Source: an uncultured Clostridia bacterium | GTDB lineage: Bacteria; Bacillota; Clostridia; Christensenellales; UBA3700 | Assembly: GCA_948471525.1 (NCBI GenBank) | Contig: CAOKSY010000001.1 | Span: 156,080-220,079 of the forward strand | Reading direction: 5' to 3' | DNA length: 64,000 nucleotides | Shown here: in pieces, positions 1-9,890 of the stretch | Layout of the letters: the number at the start of each line of letters is the position of its first letter | How positions within the stretch are numbered: position 1 is the stretch's first letter | Translations under genes and position numbers: made by a program | The notes under the pieces: model-generated | The model's database searches: none | Told to the model about the DNA's origin: nothing | What the model saw: only the letters and a program-made list of their open reading frames with translations

Positions 1-1440
1 CTGATAATACGTTACGCCCTCTTCGGAAGCGTCGTCCGCGACGTATTTGATCTCTATATTGCCGTCTTTATCCTTGCTGAGCACTGCCTTGCGGGTACCG
101 CTGACGATCGCTCCCTTCGCATATTGCAAATCGTTGGGAAGACTTACGTAATCGTCTAATTTAAGGCTGTACATATAGTTGTAAGTGTTGTCGATATAAT
201 ACATACGTCCGTCTATCACGGAAATGGACAGCCAAGAAGTATTTATAGCCTCTTCACTGATCTTGTCGGCAAGAGCTTTCTTGTCGGTGTAATTGATCCT
301 GTAGAGCGCGTTGCTGAGCACGTAATACATTGTGTCGCCGTTTATCTGCACTATCTTCGCGCCTGTAGCGGAAAGCGTAGCGTACTTCTCGGTATCGTTT
401 ACGTAAGCGTCTTCAGCCAAAGGCTTATACAGCGTGAGCGTCGCCGCGGAAGTGTCCATTATGCCCTTATCAAAACCGAGATTTACAAACGAAGTCAAAC
501 CTGATACTGCAAATCTCTTTTCCTTTGCGGGATCGAGAGAATAGCCGTCGGTGAACTTGTAACCGTAAGTCTGCGTAGCTTTGGACGCGTCGTTGGCATT
601 TATAGCTTTTGTATAGAAAAGCACGTTTTCGTTGGGATCGTAAGATACGAGCGCATAAGTGAATTGCTGTCTGAGATCGTTGGCGCTGTTATCGTAAGTA
701 GCATCCGTCGTGATGCTCTTGACTTCTCCGCCGACATAGACATACATATTGTTGTTACGGCGAGTGGAGTCTTCGGTCGGTTTGATGAAGAATACAGCCG
801 TACTCTTCTGTGTAAAGAGAGCCGCGTCTATCTTGTCGCTGATCTCGACAACCTTTTTATTTACCTTGGAATTGTCGTAACAAACCTTATTGAGTTTGTG
901 ATCGGCAAAATAGATAAACTCATTTTCCGTAAATACGTATTGCGTAGACGAAGAACTCAAATTGGCGATCTCCTGCGTCTTTGTGCCGTCTATCTTGGTG
1001 CGAGCGGCAACGAGCTGCGAGGTCAATACGTTGCTTTGATTGTCCGTCTTGGTGCTCGGAGACATATAATATATCCATTCGCCGTAGATATAGAATCCGC
1101 CGTTGGAAGCCGAAGTGTAGAACATCTTGGGAACTACGACGTCGGTCTTGCCGAGCGTGCCGTCTTCTTTGATCTCGCTCTTCATAATGCTGCCTTTTAC
1201 GGAAGCCTTGCCGAAATAGTTGTCGGACGGCTTGGTGATATTGGACGTGGAGTCCATACCGTTGACGTAATACAGATAACCGCCCTGTTTGACAACAAGT
1301 CCGCCGTTGTTGACGACCTCGCTGCCTGCAAATTCGGTACTGCCTATAGGTCCGTATTTCGTACTGTCACACGCGGCAAAAACGCCGACGACCGCACAAA
1401 TTACAAGGCACAAAACTAAGATTTTACTAAATTTATTCAT
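1..1440 (-). CDS. Lipoprotein, DUF5050-like repeat protein (C-terminus runs off left edge; 480 codons visible)
   Basis: Absent from the ORF track because it is open to the window edge. Reverse translation from ATG at 1440-1438 gives MNKFSKILVLCLVICAVVGVFAAC (signal peptide + lipobox), then recurring YYVN / IYYMS / MYYID style segments. Blocks 1-30, 541-660 and 961-1080 were translated by hand with no in-frame stop. The + ORF 664..1419 is its antisense shadow. Confidence 0.7.
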   Translation of the reverse strand, partial: MNKFSKILVLCLVICAVVGVFAACDSTKYGPIGSTEFAGSEVVNNGGLVVKQGGYLYYVNGMDSTSNITKPSDNYFGKASVKGSIMKSEIKEDGTLGKTDVVVPKMFYTSASNGGFYIYGEWIYYMSPSTKTDNQSNVLTSQLVAARTKIDGTKTQEIANLSSSSTQYVFTENEFIYFADHKLNKVCYDNSKVNKKVVEISDKIDAALFTQKSTAVFFIKPTEDSTRRNNNMYVYVGGEVKSITTDATYDNSANDLRQQFTYALVSYDPNENVLFYTKAINANDASKATQTYGYKFTDGYSLDPAKEKRFAVSGLTSFVNLGFDKGIMDTSAATLTLYKPLAEDAYVNDTEKYATLSATGAKIVQINGDTMYYVLSNALYRINYTDKKALADKISEEAINTSWLSISVIDGRMYYIDNTYNYMYSLKLDDYVSLPNDLQYAKGAIVSGTRKAVLSKDKDGNIEIKYVADDASEEGVTYYQ

Positions 1441-1642
1441 TATCAAAACTCCCAATATCGGATTGATTACATAATAGCAAGTATAATTATAATATAATAT
1501 CTAAGATATTGCAATAAGATTGTTAACAATTTTCATACTTTTTAGGCGCATGAAAAATACTCTGCCGTTATTTTTCGTCGAAATTACTCAATTAACCGAG
1601 CATCGATACCGCGCAAAAGATCACCGAAACAACGTCGTAAGA

Positions 1643-2317
1643 TTACTTTTCCACTCTCCAATCTACTGCGCCGCGTCCGTTCTTCTCCAAAAAAGCGTTG
1701 GCTTTGGAAAAATGTCTGCTCTCTAAAAAACCATTGTAAAAAGACAGCGGACTGGGATGAACGCTCTTGAGTACCAGATGCTTGGAAGTGTCGATCAGTT
1801 TCTCTTTTGCCTTGGCAGGATTGCCCCACAGCATAAATACAGTAGGATAGGGACTGTCGCTTATCATTTTTATCACGCTGTCGGTAAAACGCTCCCAGCC
1901 TATATTCGCATGGCTCTGCGGTCTGCCTTCACGCACGGTAAGCACGGTGTTGAGCAGTAATACCCCCTCTTTCGCCCAGTTGGTCAAATCGCCGCTGTTG
2001 CTGACAGGAATCCCCAGATCGTATTCGAGCGCCTTGTAAATATTGACGAGCGAAGGCGGACATTTTACGCCTTTTCGCACAGAAAAACACAAACCGTGAG
2101 CCTGTCCGTATCCGTGGTAGGGATCCTGTCCCAAGATGACTACTTTTACGTTCTCGTACGGAGTGTATTCAAATGCCGAGAGTATCTCTTTCATGGGCGG
2201 ATATATTCTGTAATTACCGTATTCCGAACGCAAAAACTTGCGTATCTCCTCAAAATAATCTTGTGAAAACTCGCTCTCCAAAATATTGTCCCAACTATTG
2301 CCCAAATGCGAAGACAT
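1643..2317 (-). CDS. ung: Uracil-DNA glycosylase
   Basis: 224 aa with family-1 UDG motifs GQDPYHG..QAHGLCFSV and HPSPLS. RBS GGAGGG lies upstream of the ATG. Confidence 0.95.
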   Translation of the reverse strand: MSSHLGNSWDNILESEFSQDYFEEIRKFLRSEYGNYRIYPPMKEILSAFEYTPYENVKVVILGQDPYHGYGQAHGLCFSVRKGVKCPPSLVNIYKALEYDLGIPVSNSGDLTNWAKEGVLLLNTVLTVREGRPQSHANIGWERFTDSVIKMISDSPYPTVFMLWGNPAKAKEKLIDTSKHLVLKSVHPSPLSFYNGFLESRHFSKANAFLEKNGRGAVDWRVEK

Positions 2318-2499
2318 GATCTTTCCCTCCGTGCGCTTTTGTTATATTTTAGCACGTTTTGTAATTATATGTCAAACCTCTTGTTTGACACGCGGCGGCA
2401 ATCGTAGTATTATAATAGACGTAGGACGAAGATGGAAAAACCGATCTTTCTCCCCAAGCGGACAATACCGCAAAATAAAGTCAGACAACAAGAGGAACC

Positions 2500-3303
2500 A
2501 TGATAGATACTCACACGCACTGCCGCCACTCGCACGACTCAAAAGAAGACCCCGAGAATATGATAGAAATGGCTATCTCATTGGGTATGGAGTATATAGC
2601 AATAACGGATCACTTCGACGCAGAACTTACTTTTCTGCCCCAATTCGACTACATACCGCAGATAGATCTCGACAGACATTTTCAGGAACTGTACGACCTC
2701 AAACGCAAATATGCGGACAGAATACAGGTAGGAGTAGGCATAGAGTGCGGATATATGAAGGAAGCGGACGGACTCTATCTCGACGCGCTATCCCGATACG
2801 ACACGGATATGACCGTCAATTCCGTTCACACCGTAGAATACGAAGACTGTTACTTAAGATCTTATTTTGAAAAACGTACAAAACATCAGGCATACGAAGC
2901 CTATCTAAAGGCCGTCAGAGAGAGTCTGGACTGCGCTTACGACTTCGATTCCGTCGGACATATAGGATACGTGGTGCGCAAGTCCGTCTACGAGGATAAA
3001 TCGCTCGAATACGCCGACCACTCCGATCTTATCGACGACATTTTAAAGACCATAGTCTCCAAGAGCAAATCCCTTGAGATCAACACCAACGCAAAAGGCA
3101 CGGATCTTGAATTCCTGCCATCTATCGATATACTGAAGAGATACAGGCAACTGGGCGGCGAATTGTTGACGTTCGGCTCCGACGCGCACGACGTGTCGCG
3201 TATCGCGGACAAATATAAAGAAGTGTCCGAACAACTGAGAAATCTGGGATTTAAATACCTGTTTAAGTACATATCCCACAAGCCTCATCCCGTAAAAATA
3301 TAA
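2500..3303 (+). CDS. PHP-domain histidinol-phosphatase-family hydrolase (HisJ-like)
   Basis: 267 aa. MIDTHTHCRHSHD and ITDHFD metal-binding motifs at the N-terminus and GSDAHD near the C-terminus are typical of PHP phosphoesterases. Confidence 0.8.
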   Translation: MIDTHTHCRHSHDSKEDPENMIEMAISLGMEYIAITDHFDAELTFLPQFDYIPQIDLDRHFQELYDLKRKYADRIQVGVGIECGYMKEADGLYLDALSRYDTDMTVNSVHTVEYEDCYLRSYFEKRTKHQAYEAYLKAVRESLDCAYDFDSVGHIGYVVRKSVYEDKSLEYADHSDLIDDILKTIVSKSKSLEINTNAKGTDLEFLPSIDILKRYRQLGGELLTFGSDAHDVSRIADKYKEVSEQLRNLGFKYLFKYISHKPHPVKI

Positions 3304-3310
3304 AACAAGA

Positions 3311-3341
3311 GCGACGCAGAATTTTGCGCCGCCCTTATTTT
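3311..3341 (+). terminator. Putative rho-independent terminator after the PHP gene
   Basis: gcgacgca / tgcgccgc stem (7 of 8 pairs) followed by ccttatttt. Confidence 0.45.
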
Positions 3342-3594
3342 GAGTAATAAATTATTAGGAAAAAATTCTTATTTATCATCGCGCCCGATTTGCTCGGCGA
3401 TATGCCTATACGTCCTCAAACGTTAAAATCGCGCCTATTGACAAGTCGTTGTCTTTATGTTATTATTATATCAACAACCTGTCGGAAAAGCAACAGTCAG
3501 TATTTTTCAAAATGTATTGTTTGAATTATGTCTAACATATTATGCTGCTAATACGACAAAATCAGTACAAATGTCGCATAAATAAGAGGTTCAA

Positions 3595-4149
3595 ATGCAA
3601 GATACAAGAAGAGTTCGAATGACTAAAAAAATGATAAAAGAAGCGTATATAGAATTATTGGAAGTCAATCCGTACAAAAGGCTGTCGATAACGGATATCT
3701 GTAAGGTTGCGGATATAAACCGCTCCACCTTCTATATGCACTACGAGGACGTAGACGCTCTCGTAAGGGAGATCGAAGACGAATTGCTCGATTTTATTCC
3801 CTATCCCAAAGACGATTCGGGAGAGTTGAGCGATAGAAGTCAATTCGTGGTTTTGCTGGAAAAAACGTTTGAATATATTTATCAAAACAAAAGATATTTC
3901 AGCATTGTCTTCGTACATTTCGAAAATGCAAACTTCAAACAAAGAATTGCGGAAAATATACTGGAAAAATACAAGACGATCGCGATATCGAGCAATACTC
4001 TTTTGAAAAGATACGGATTTTTGTTTTGCATAAACGGCGTGATCGGACTGATAAAAGAATGGATAATCGACGATTTTCCGCTCAGTTGCCGTCAACTGGC
4101 TGAGATCGTCTTGCACATGTGCGCTCAAGCCACTAATTTCAAAAAATAA
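3595..4149 (+). CDS. TetR/AcrR-family transcriptional regulator
   Basis: 184 aa. N-terminal HTH region KKMIKEAYIELLEVNPYKRLSITDICKVADINRSTFYMHY. RBS AGAGG precedes the ATG. Confidence 0.85.
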   Translation: MQDTRRVRMTKKMIKEAYIELLEVNPYKRLSITDICKVADINRSTFYMHYEDVDALVREIEDELLDFIPYPKDDSGELSDRSQFVVLLEKTFEYIYQNKRYFSIVFVHFENANFKQRIAENILEKYKTIAISSNTLLKRYGFLFCINGVIGLIKEWIIDDFPLSCRQLAEIVLHMCAQATNFKK

Positions 4150-4205
4150 ATCCATATATTTGCAACGTGTTATTATAGGCTAGATTATAAAGACCGTACG
4201 TAAAT

Positions 4206-4240
4206 AAAAATGCGGAAGAAAATTCTTCCGCATTTTTTAT
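4206..4240. terminator. Bidirectional terminator between convergent TetR gene and alaS
   Basis: aaaaa-tgcggaagaa/ttcttccgca-tttttt. Near-perfect 9-bp stem flanked by an A-run and a T-run. Confidence 0.7.
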
Positions 4241-4252
4241 TGATGATCGACA

Positions 4253-6043
4253 TTATTGTTTGGGATGTACGGTGGCTCTTATTCTGCGTATTCCTGCAGA
4301 AGACGATTGCTCTTTTTCCAATTTAAAGCTGCCCAAAAGTCCAGTGCGTTCGGCGTGAGGACCGCCGCAAATCTGCAAATCTACGTCGCCTATCTGATAG
4401 ACTTTGACTACCTCGCCGTATCTCGATCCGAATACTCCGACCGCGTTCTTTTCTCTCGCCTCTTCTATGGTCATTTCCGTACAGACTACGGGGATATCTC
4501 TTTGAATAGCGTTGTTTACCGCGTCTTCGACGGCTGTTTTTTCCTCTTCAGTCAAAGGTCTTGGGAAATTGAAGTCGAATCTCAATCTCTCGGGAGTTAT
4601 GTTGCTTCCCTTTTGCTGTATAGAATCGTCGCCCAGCACCTTTTTGAGACAAGCGAGCAAAAGATGCGTAGCCGTGTGCAGATAAGTCGTCATCTCGCTA
4701 CTGTCCGCCAGACCTCCTTTAAACTTCTGCTCAGCGCCCTGCTGAGACTTCTTGATATGTTCCTCCTGAGCCGTCTTATAGCCATCTATATCGACCGCAA
4801 ATCCCTTCTCTCGGCATATCTCCATCGTCATCTCTATCGGGAATCCGTACGTATCGTAAAGCCTGAAAGCCGTCTTTCCGTTGAGCGTATCGCCCTTGAC
4901 AAACTGCAAGACCTTGTCAAGCTGCTTTATGCCGTCTTCCAGCGTCTTTGCAAACTTGTCTATCTCTTTGCTCAATTCCTCGTAAATCTTCGCGCTGTTG
5001 CGCTCCAGTTCGTCGTACGCGCTCTTATACTGCTCGACGTACAGTCTTGATATATTTATCAGCTTCTGCGGCTCTATGCCCAGTTGTCGCGCAAATCTCA
5101 CGCTTCTGCGAATAAGTCTTCTCAATACGTAACCTTGATCGACGTTGGACGGCACGATGCCGTTTTCGTCTCCCATCATAAAAGTCGCCGTACGTATATG
5201 ATCGGCAATGATGCGCATTGCTCGGGTATCTTCTTCTCTCTCGCCGTACTTCTTGCCCGACAATTCGCTTATCGCCGCTATCGCACCTGCAAAAAGATCA
5301 GTCTCATAAACTGATTTGTAGCCGTTGAGCATACATATAGTGCGTTCCAATCCCATTCCGGTATCTACGTTTTGCTGAGAAAGTTTCTCAAACTTGCCTT
5401 CGGCGTTGCGATTGAATTCCATAAACACGTTGTTCCATATCTCCACCCATTTTCCGCAGTCGCAACTGGGATCGCAGTGATCGGAGCAAGCCGGTTTTCC
5501 TGTGTCGATAAATATCTCGGTATCGCTTCCGCAAGGACCTGTCGCGCCCGCATACCACCAGTTGTTGGCTTTTGGCAGATAGAATATCCTTTCGCGCGGA
5601 ATACCCAACGCCGCCCAAGTATCGGCAGCCTCTTCGTCCCTCTTACAGTCTTCGTCTCCGGCGAATACCGTGACAGCTATCTTCTCAACGGGTATCTGCA
5701 ATACTTCGGTCAAGAATTCAAAAGAAAAAGCTATTGACTCTTTTCTGAAATAATCTCCGAGCGACCAGTTGCCGAGCATTTCGAAGAACGTACAGTGCGT
5801 AGCGTCTCCGACTTCGTCGATATCCCCGGTACGCACGCATTTTTGCACGTCGCACAGACGGTTGCCGGCGGGATGTTTTTGTCCGAGAAGGTAAGGCACC
5901 AAAGGATGCATTCCCGCGGTCGTAAACAATACTGACGGATCGTTTTCGGGTATAAGCGAAGCGGACGGTATTATCTTATGTCCCTTAGACTCGAAAAACT
6001 TAAGATATTTTTCTCTCAATTCGTAAGATTTCAATTCTTTCAT
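4253..6043 (-). CDS. alaS: Alanine--tRNA ligase, short form (catalytic + editing domains, no C-Ala domain)
   Basis: MKELKSYELREKYLKFFESKGHKIIPSASLIPENDPSVLFTTAGM is a class-II AlaRS N-terminus. Editing-site motifs HTATHLL and CGGPH are present. The protein ends ...GIRRIRATVHPKQ. Start trimmed to the ATG at 6043 (RBS GGGAG 7 nt upstream); the track ORF starts 10 codons earlier. Confidence 0.9.
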   Translation of the reverse strand: MKELKSYELREKYLKFFESKGHKIIPSASLIPENDPSVLFTTAGMHPLVPYLLGQKHPAGNRLCDVQKCVRTGDIDEVGDATHCTFFEMLGNWSLGDYFRKESIAFSFEFLTEVLQIPVEKIAVTVFAGDEDCKRDEEAADTWAALGIPRERIFYLPKANNWWYAGATGPCGSDTEIFIDTGKPACSDHCDPSCDCGKWVEIWNNVFMEFNRNAEGKFEKLSQQNVDTGMGLERTICMLNGYKSVYETDLFAGAIAAISELSGKKYGEREEDTRAMRIIADHIRTATFMMGDENGIVPSNVDQGYVLRRLIRRSVRFARQLGIEPQKLINISRLYVEQYKSAYDELERNSAKIYEELSKEIDKFAKTLEDGIKQLDKVLQFVKGDTLNGKTAFRLYDTYGFPIEMTMEICREKGFAVDIDGYKTAQEEHIKKSQQGAEQKFKGGLADSSEMTTYLHTATHLLLACLKKVLGDDSIQQKGSNITPERLRFDFNFPRPLTEEEKTAVEDAVNNAIQRDIPVVCTEMTIEEAREKNAVGVFGSRYGEVVKVYQIGDVDLQICGGPHAERTGLLGSFKLEKEQSSSAGIRRIRATVHPKQ

Positions 6044-6136
6044 AGTTACTCCCAAAATAGGAAATTTATACATATATTATATATAATGCTTTTGTAAATA
6101 GCAAGGATTTTAAACACGGTAATATTCGCCGCGACT

Positions 6137-6165
6137 ATAAAAATCCCCCGCTGATATTGCGGGGG
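6137..6165 (-). terminator. Rho-independent terminator of the giant surface-protein operon
   Basis: Minus strand reads CCCCCGC-aatatca-GCGGGGG followed by ATTTTTAT, 29 nt after the stop at 6194. Confidence 0.75.
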
Positions 6166-6193
6166 ATAAGTATCGGCATTTGCCTAAGATTTT

Positions 6194-9100
6194 TTATTTT
6201 CTGTTTTTAGCCGACAGTTTAATCTTTAAGACTACCGCCGCCGATATCGACAGAAGCGCAAGCACCGCGCAGAATATCGCGATCATCGCGCCGTAATCTC
6301 TGACCTGCTTGTGCGCGGCTTCTATATCCGAGGTATTTTCTATGCCGAATGCTCCGTCTGTCAGATAATACGTTACTCTTTGAACTTCGCCGTCGGTGTC
6401 AACCGAATTATCGGGTACGTCCGACGAATCGTATATGGACGCGTCGATAACTCTTATTATAAAAGTCGATATACCTGCGACGAGCTGATATCTGTCGGCA
6501 TAGCTTTGCGGTACTGATAACGTCACGCGATAATATCCCGCTTCTTTGATGCCGTCTACGGGCACATAGGTTCCGTCAGCCTGAAGTTTTTCATAGACGC
6601 TGTCCAATGTTATCTCGGGATTGCCGTCTTCAAAACTCTCGAATCTCACGTTGATCTTGCCGATATTTTTGTCGGTATCAAGACCTATGATGTCTTCGGC
6701 ATTGTAGACCAATCTAGATACCGTAGCTTTCTCTATGCTAAGTTTTGCTCCCTTATCGGCAGAGTTGATCTCCTCGAAATTTTTGACTGTATAATTTGCG
6801 TATTCGCCGTTTGCCAACCAGTATTTATACTCTGCGCCCGCAACAATCTCATCCATATTGTTGTCAAAATCGAGCTTTAAGGTTTCTCCTGTGACAACTC
6901 CGTCTACCGAATACTTATATGCGGCATTTGCGTCGCCGTATACTATCTGAGTATCTTCCAAAGTTACGGTAACTTCTTTCTTCAAAATATTACCGTATAC
7001 GCCTTCTACCTTGCTGACAACTTCCAAACCGTCGTTTCTTACTACTTTGAAATTAACGATGATGGGAATATTCTCGCCCGCGCTCGCCTGAGCGTAATTC
7101 GCTTCGATCTCGATAAAACTCATATCGTCGTAATTATCCCAATAATCGTCGCTGTCGAGATTCCACTCTACCGTAACGCTCGTCGTTCCGTCGTATGGCT
7201 TGTCGAATCTGGTCATATCGGAAAGATCCAACCAACTGTTGCCGATTTCCAATACTTTGAGTGTTACTTTTACTTCATAAACTATCGGCTCGGTGACAAG
7301 AGCGTCGCCGTTGTTGTCCTTGGTCGCCGCCACAGCTCTGAAAGAGATAGTCGAATCTTTGGACAGTTTGACAGGCGCTTCGTATTTCTGCCAATCGCCG
7401 GCATCTATGCTGTATTCTATGCGTCCGCCTGCCTCTCCAAATACCGCGTCAGCCGAAAATACGACTGCGTTGTCGCTCTGAGCGCCACTGAAATATTCGT
7501 TGCCGCCGCTTGTCGCAGTGACGTTGAGAGTAGGAACCGTAGCGTCGATAAATGCATTGAAAGTATGCGCTTTATAATTTCCAACGTTGTCCTCTACTTC
7601 AATTACGTATTCGCCGCTTTCCGGTATCGTCACGTTATAGACGCCGTTTTCTCCTACGAGTTCTACTCCGTCGAACTTGACGTACGCCACTCCGCTGCCG
7701 CCGTCGCTGACTTTGAGAGTAAGTTCGTTTTCGGTATAATAAGTGCCGTCAAGAGGATTAAGCGCTTCGATTTCCAAATCGGGAGCGGTAACGTCGACCT
7801 TAACGTTGAATACGTAATCTTCCGTCATTCTTACTCCGCCCTTTGTGAGATAGAGCGTATAGGTTCTTCCCTCTGCGGAAGAATCGAATGCGCATGCAAG
7901 GATCTTTCCGTCCTTTATCCAAGGCTGACTTCCGTTGACCGTATATACAAATCCGTCAAACGCTCCGTCAACGCCGTTTTCCAATTCCAATGTGACGTTG
8001 TCGTTGATCCAACCGCCGTCGCCGCCGATCTGTCCGACCTTACCGAGTACTACCGAATAGTTGTGCACTATTTCCGCGTCGTAATTTTCGGGTACGGGCA
8101 CGATAATGTGATCTGCCTCGTCATAATAGATATACTGCTGTCCGTTTGCCGTGATCGGAGCCACGGTAAGACCGTAATTCTGTATCTTATCCGCCTTGTA
8201 TATTCTCGCGCCGTTGTTACGCATCGTCATCTTCGCGACATCGTAATCGTAGAAATCGTTGAAATTCGGATTGTCAAATCTAAATCTTACAAATTCTTTG
8301 AGCAGATCGCCGCCCGTATATCCAAGCGAAGATACGTCGTTAAATTCCAACTGCGCATATCTCCAGGTCGTACCTTTGAGTTCCCAGAAATACTTTCCGG
8401 ACGTCTGATACGGCTTTATTTCAAATATATGCCCCTCTTTCCAAGCTTCGTCGAAATTCGTGCTCGACGTATTTTCGGGCGCGCCGTCGTAAGCGCCGTT
8501 GTCTACAGATATCGACGCCGCGCTTCCCTCTCCTTCCTTAGCAACGCTGTCGACGATCTTTTTGGTAAAAGAATGCGTCTCGATCCAACCGTTGATAGGC
8601 TTGAAATCTATGATCTGTTTGCCGTCGTCGCTGAATGATACGGTCGCTCTCGTCCACTTGTCGAGATCTATTATATTTGCGTAATTTACTTCGTGCTCGC
8701 CCGCATTTCCGTTGGTGCCGCAATCGCAGTTGTCCGTCTGCAAGTTTATACCGCCGCCATGCGTATCCAAAATAGTCGCATTGGTAACTTTACCGCAATG
8801 GATCAAAGCATTTGCGGAAAGCGAGGAGTCGGTCACTGCTTCAGTAAAGCTAGGCGAGAAATCGGATATGATATTGTCCACTTTAGCCGAAGTGCCGTGC
8901 GAATATGAAGAGTTGCCCGATACGATCGCGCCCGCCTGCCTATAAGCCGTGCCGTCAGCGAAAGTACCCTTATATCTGTCAGCCGTCAAATGGAACGTGA
9001 CTTCGTTGCCTAGTATTATGATATTGGAACATTCAGCATTCGCGTCTGTCATTATTCCCGCAATACCGCCCGCAAGCGTCTTGGCGTCTACAGAACCGAT

Positions 9101-9880
9101 TCCGCTGCTTCTGCGAGCTTTGGTTCTTACTCTCAACGTAAAATTACTGTATCTCGCGCTGATATGAGTGATGACTCCGCCGTTTCTTCCTGCAATACCG
9201 CCGAATTCCGTAGCGAAAGCGTTGTTATCGTTGGAGCTTCCGACGATGAAATAGAATTTGTATTCTCCGCTGACGTTGAGGTCGCAATGCTCTATTCTTC
9301 CGGTATTCTCAGCGCATACTATGCCAATGCTGTTGCGAGACGCCGAACCATTGTTTACCACCGTCTGAGAAGCGTCGTACACAAAGTTGACGTTTTTGAT
9401 AGTACCGCGATTATACTTGACGAAAAGCGCGTACTTGGTATCTGTAGCTTTACCCTCGCCGTTCTTATGAGAGGCGTCGTCGTCGCTCTCGGTGACCACT
9501 GCATTCGCTTCTGCGTCGACCAAAGTTATCTTATGTCCTCTTCCGTCGAGAGTTCTGCCCGACTCAAAGGTTATACCGCTGCCCACTTCGCCGCTCCAAT
9601 CGAGTACTATGTCCGCGGTCAGATGTCCGTTGGGGTCGCTGCCCTGCAAGAAACTTTTCAATGCTCTCGCGCTGCTTATCGCTACCGATCCGCTAGCCAG
9701 TTCTCCGTCCGTCTTTACGGAAGTATCCGCCGTGACGAAATCCGTGTTGGACAGAACCACCGTATTTTCCGGTATGTAATTTACTCTGCCGGCGGAAGTC
9801 GCGAATATACCCGCGGTCAATGCCGCCGCCAACAAAATTATAGATATTATCGTAATTGTTTTTTTCTTACTTGCTGTCAT
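6194..9880 (-). CDS. Large surface protein (1,228 aa): GLUG motifs, Ig-like region, MBG (YDG-type) repeats, C-terminal TM anchor
   Basis: N-terminal signal/anchor KKKTITIISIILLAAALTAGIFATSAG. GLUG-type FGGIAGRNGGVI and AGGIAGIM. MBG-like KPYDGTTSV / IVYGDANAAYKY. Terminal helix MIAIFCAVLALLSISAAVVLKI then KLSAKNRK. RBS AGGAGGTG in the 10-nt gap to the upstream gene. Confidence 0.85.
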   Translation of the reverse strand: MTASKKKTITIISIILLAAALTAGIFATSAGRVNYIPENTVVLSNTDFVTADTSVKTDGELASGSVAISSARALKSFLQGSDPNGHLTADIVLDWSGEVGSGITFESGRTLDGRGHKITLVDAEANAVVTESDDDASHKNGEGKATDTKYALFVKYNRGTIKNVNFVYDASQTVVNNGSASRNSIGIVCAENTGRIEHCDLNVSGEYKFYFIVGSSNDNNAFATEFGGIAGRNGGVITHISARYSNFTLRVRTKARRSSGIGSVDAKTLAGGIAGIMTDANAECSNIIILGNEVTFHLTADRYKGTFADGTAYRQAGAIVSGNSSYSHGTSAKVDNIISDFSPSFTEAVTDSSLSANALIHCGKVTNATILDTHGGGINLQTDNCDCGTNGNAGEHEVNYANIIDLDKWTRATVSFSDDGKQIIDFKPINGWIETHSFTKKIVDSVAKEGEGSAASISVDNGAYDGAPENTSSTNFDEAWKEGHIFEIKPYQTSGKYFWELKGTTWRYAQLEFNDVSSLGYTGGDLLKEFVRFRFDNPNFNDFYDYDVAKMTMRNNGARIYKADKIQNYGLTVAPITANGQQYIYYDEADHIIVPVPENYDAEIVHNYSVVLGKVGQIGGDGGWINDNVTLELENGVDGAFDGFVYTVNGSQPWIKDGKILACAFDSSAEGRTYTLYLTKGGVRMTEDYVFNVKVDVTAPDLEIEALNPLDGTYYTENELTLKVSDGGSGVAYVKFDGVELVGENGVYNVTIPESGEYVIEVEDNVGNYKAHTFNAFIDATVPTLNVTATSGGNEYFSGAQSDNAVVFSADAVFGEAGGRIEYSIDAGDWQKYEAPVKLSKDSTISFRAVAATKDNNGDALVTEPIVYEVKVTLKVLEIGNSWLDLSDMTRFDKPYDGTTSVTVEWNLDSDDYWDNYDDMSFIEIEANYAQASAGENIPIIVNFKVVRNDGLEVVSKVEGVYGNILKKEVTVTLEDTQIVYGDANAAYKYSVDGVVTGETLKLDFDNNMDEIVAGAEYKYWLANGEYANYTVKNFEEINSADKGAKLSIEKATVSRLVYNAEDIIGLDTDKNIGKINVRFESFEDGNPEITLDSVYEKLQADGTYVPVDGIKEAGYYRVTLSVPQSYADRYQLVAGISTFIIRVIDASIYDSSDVPDNSVDTDGEVQRVTYYLTDGAFGIENTSDIEAAHKQVRDYGAMIAIFCAVLALLSISAAVVLKIKLSAKNRK

Positions 9881-9890
9881 AACTCACCTC

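Noticed and set aside
6044-6136. T-box leader upstream of alaS.
   Set aside because: Only ~90 nt lie between the upstream terminator and the alaS RBS. That is too short for a T-box, and no specifier or T-box sequence is seen.
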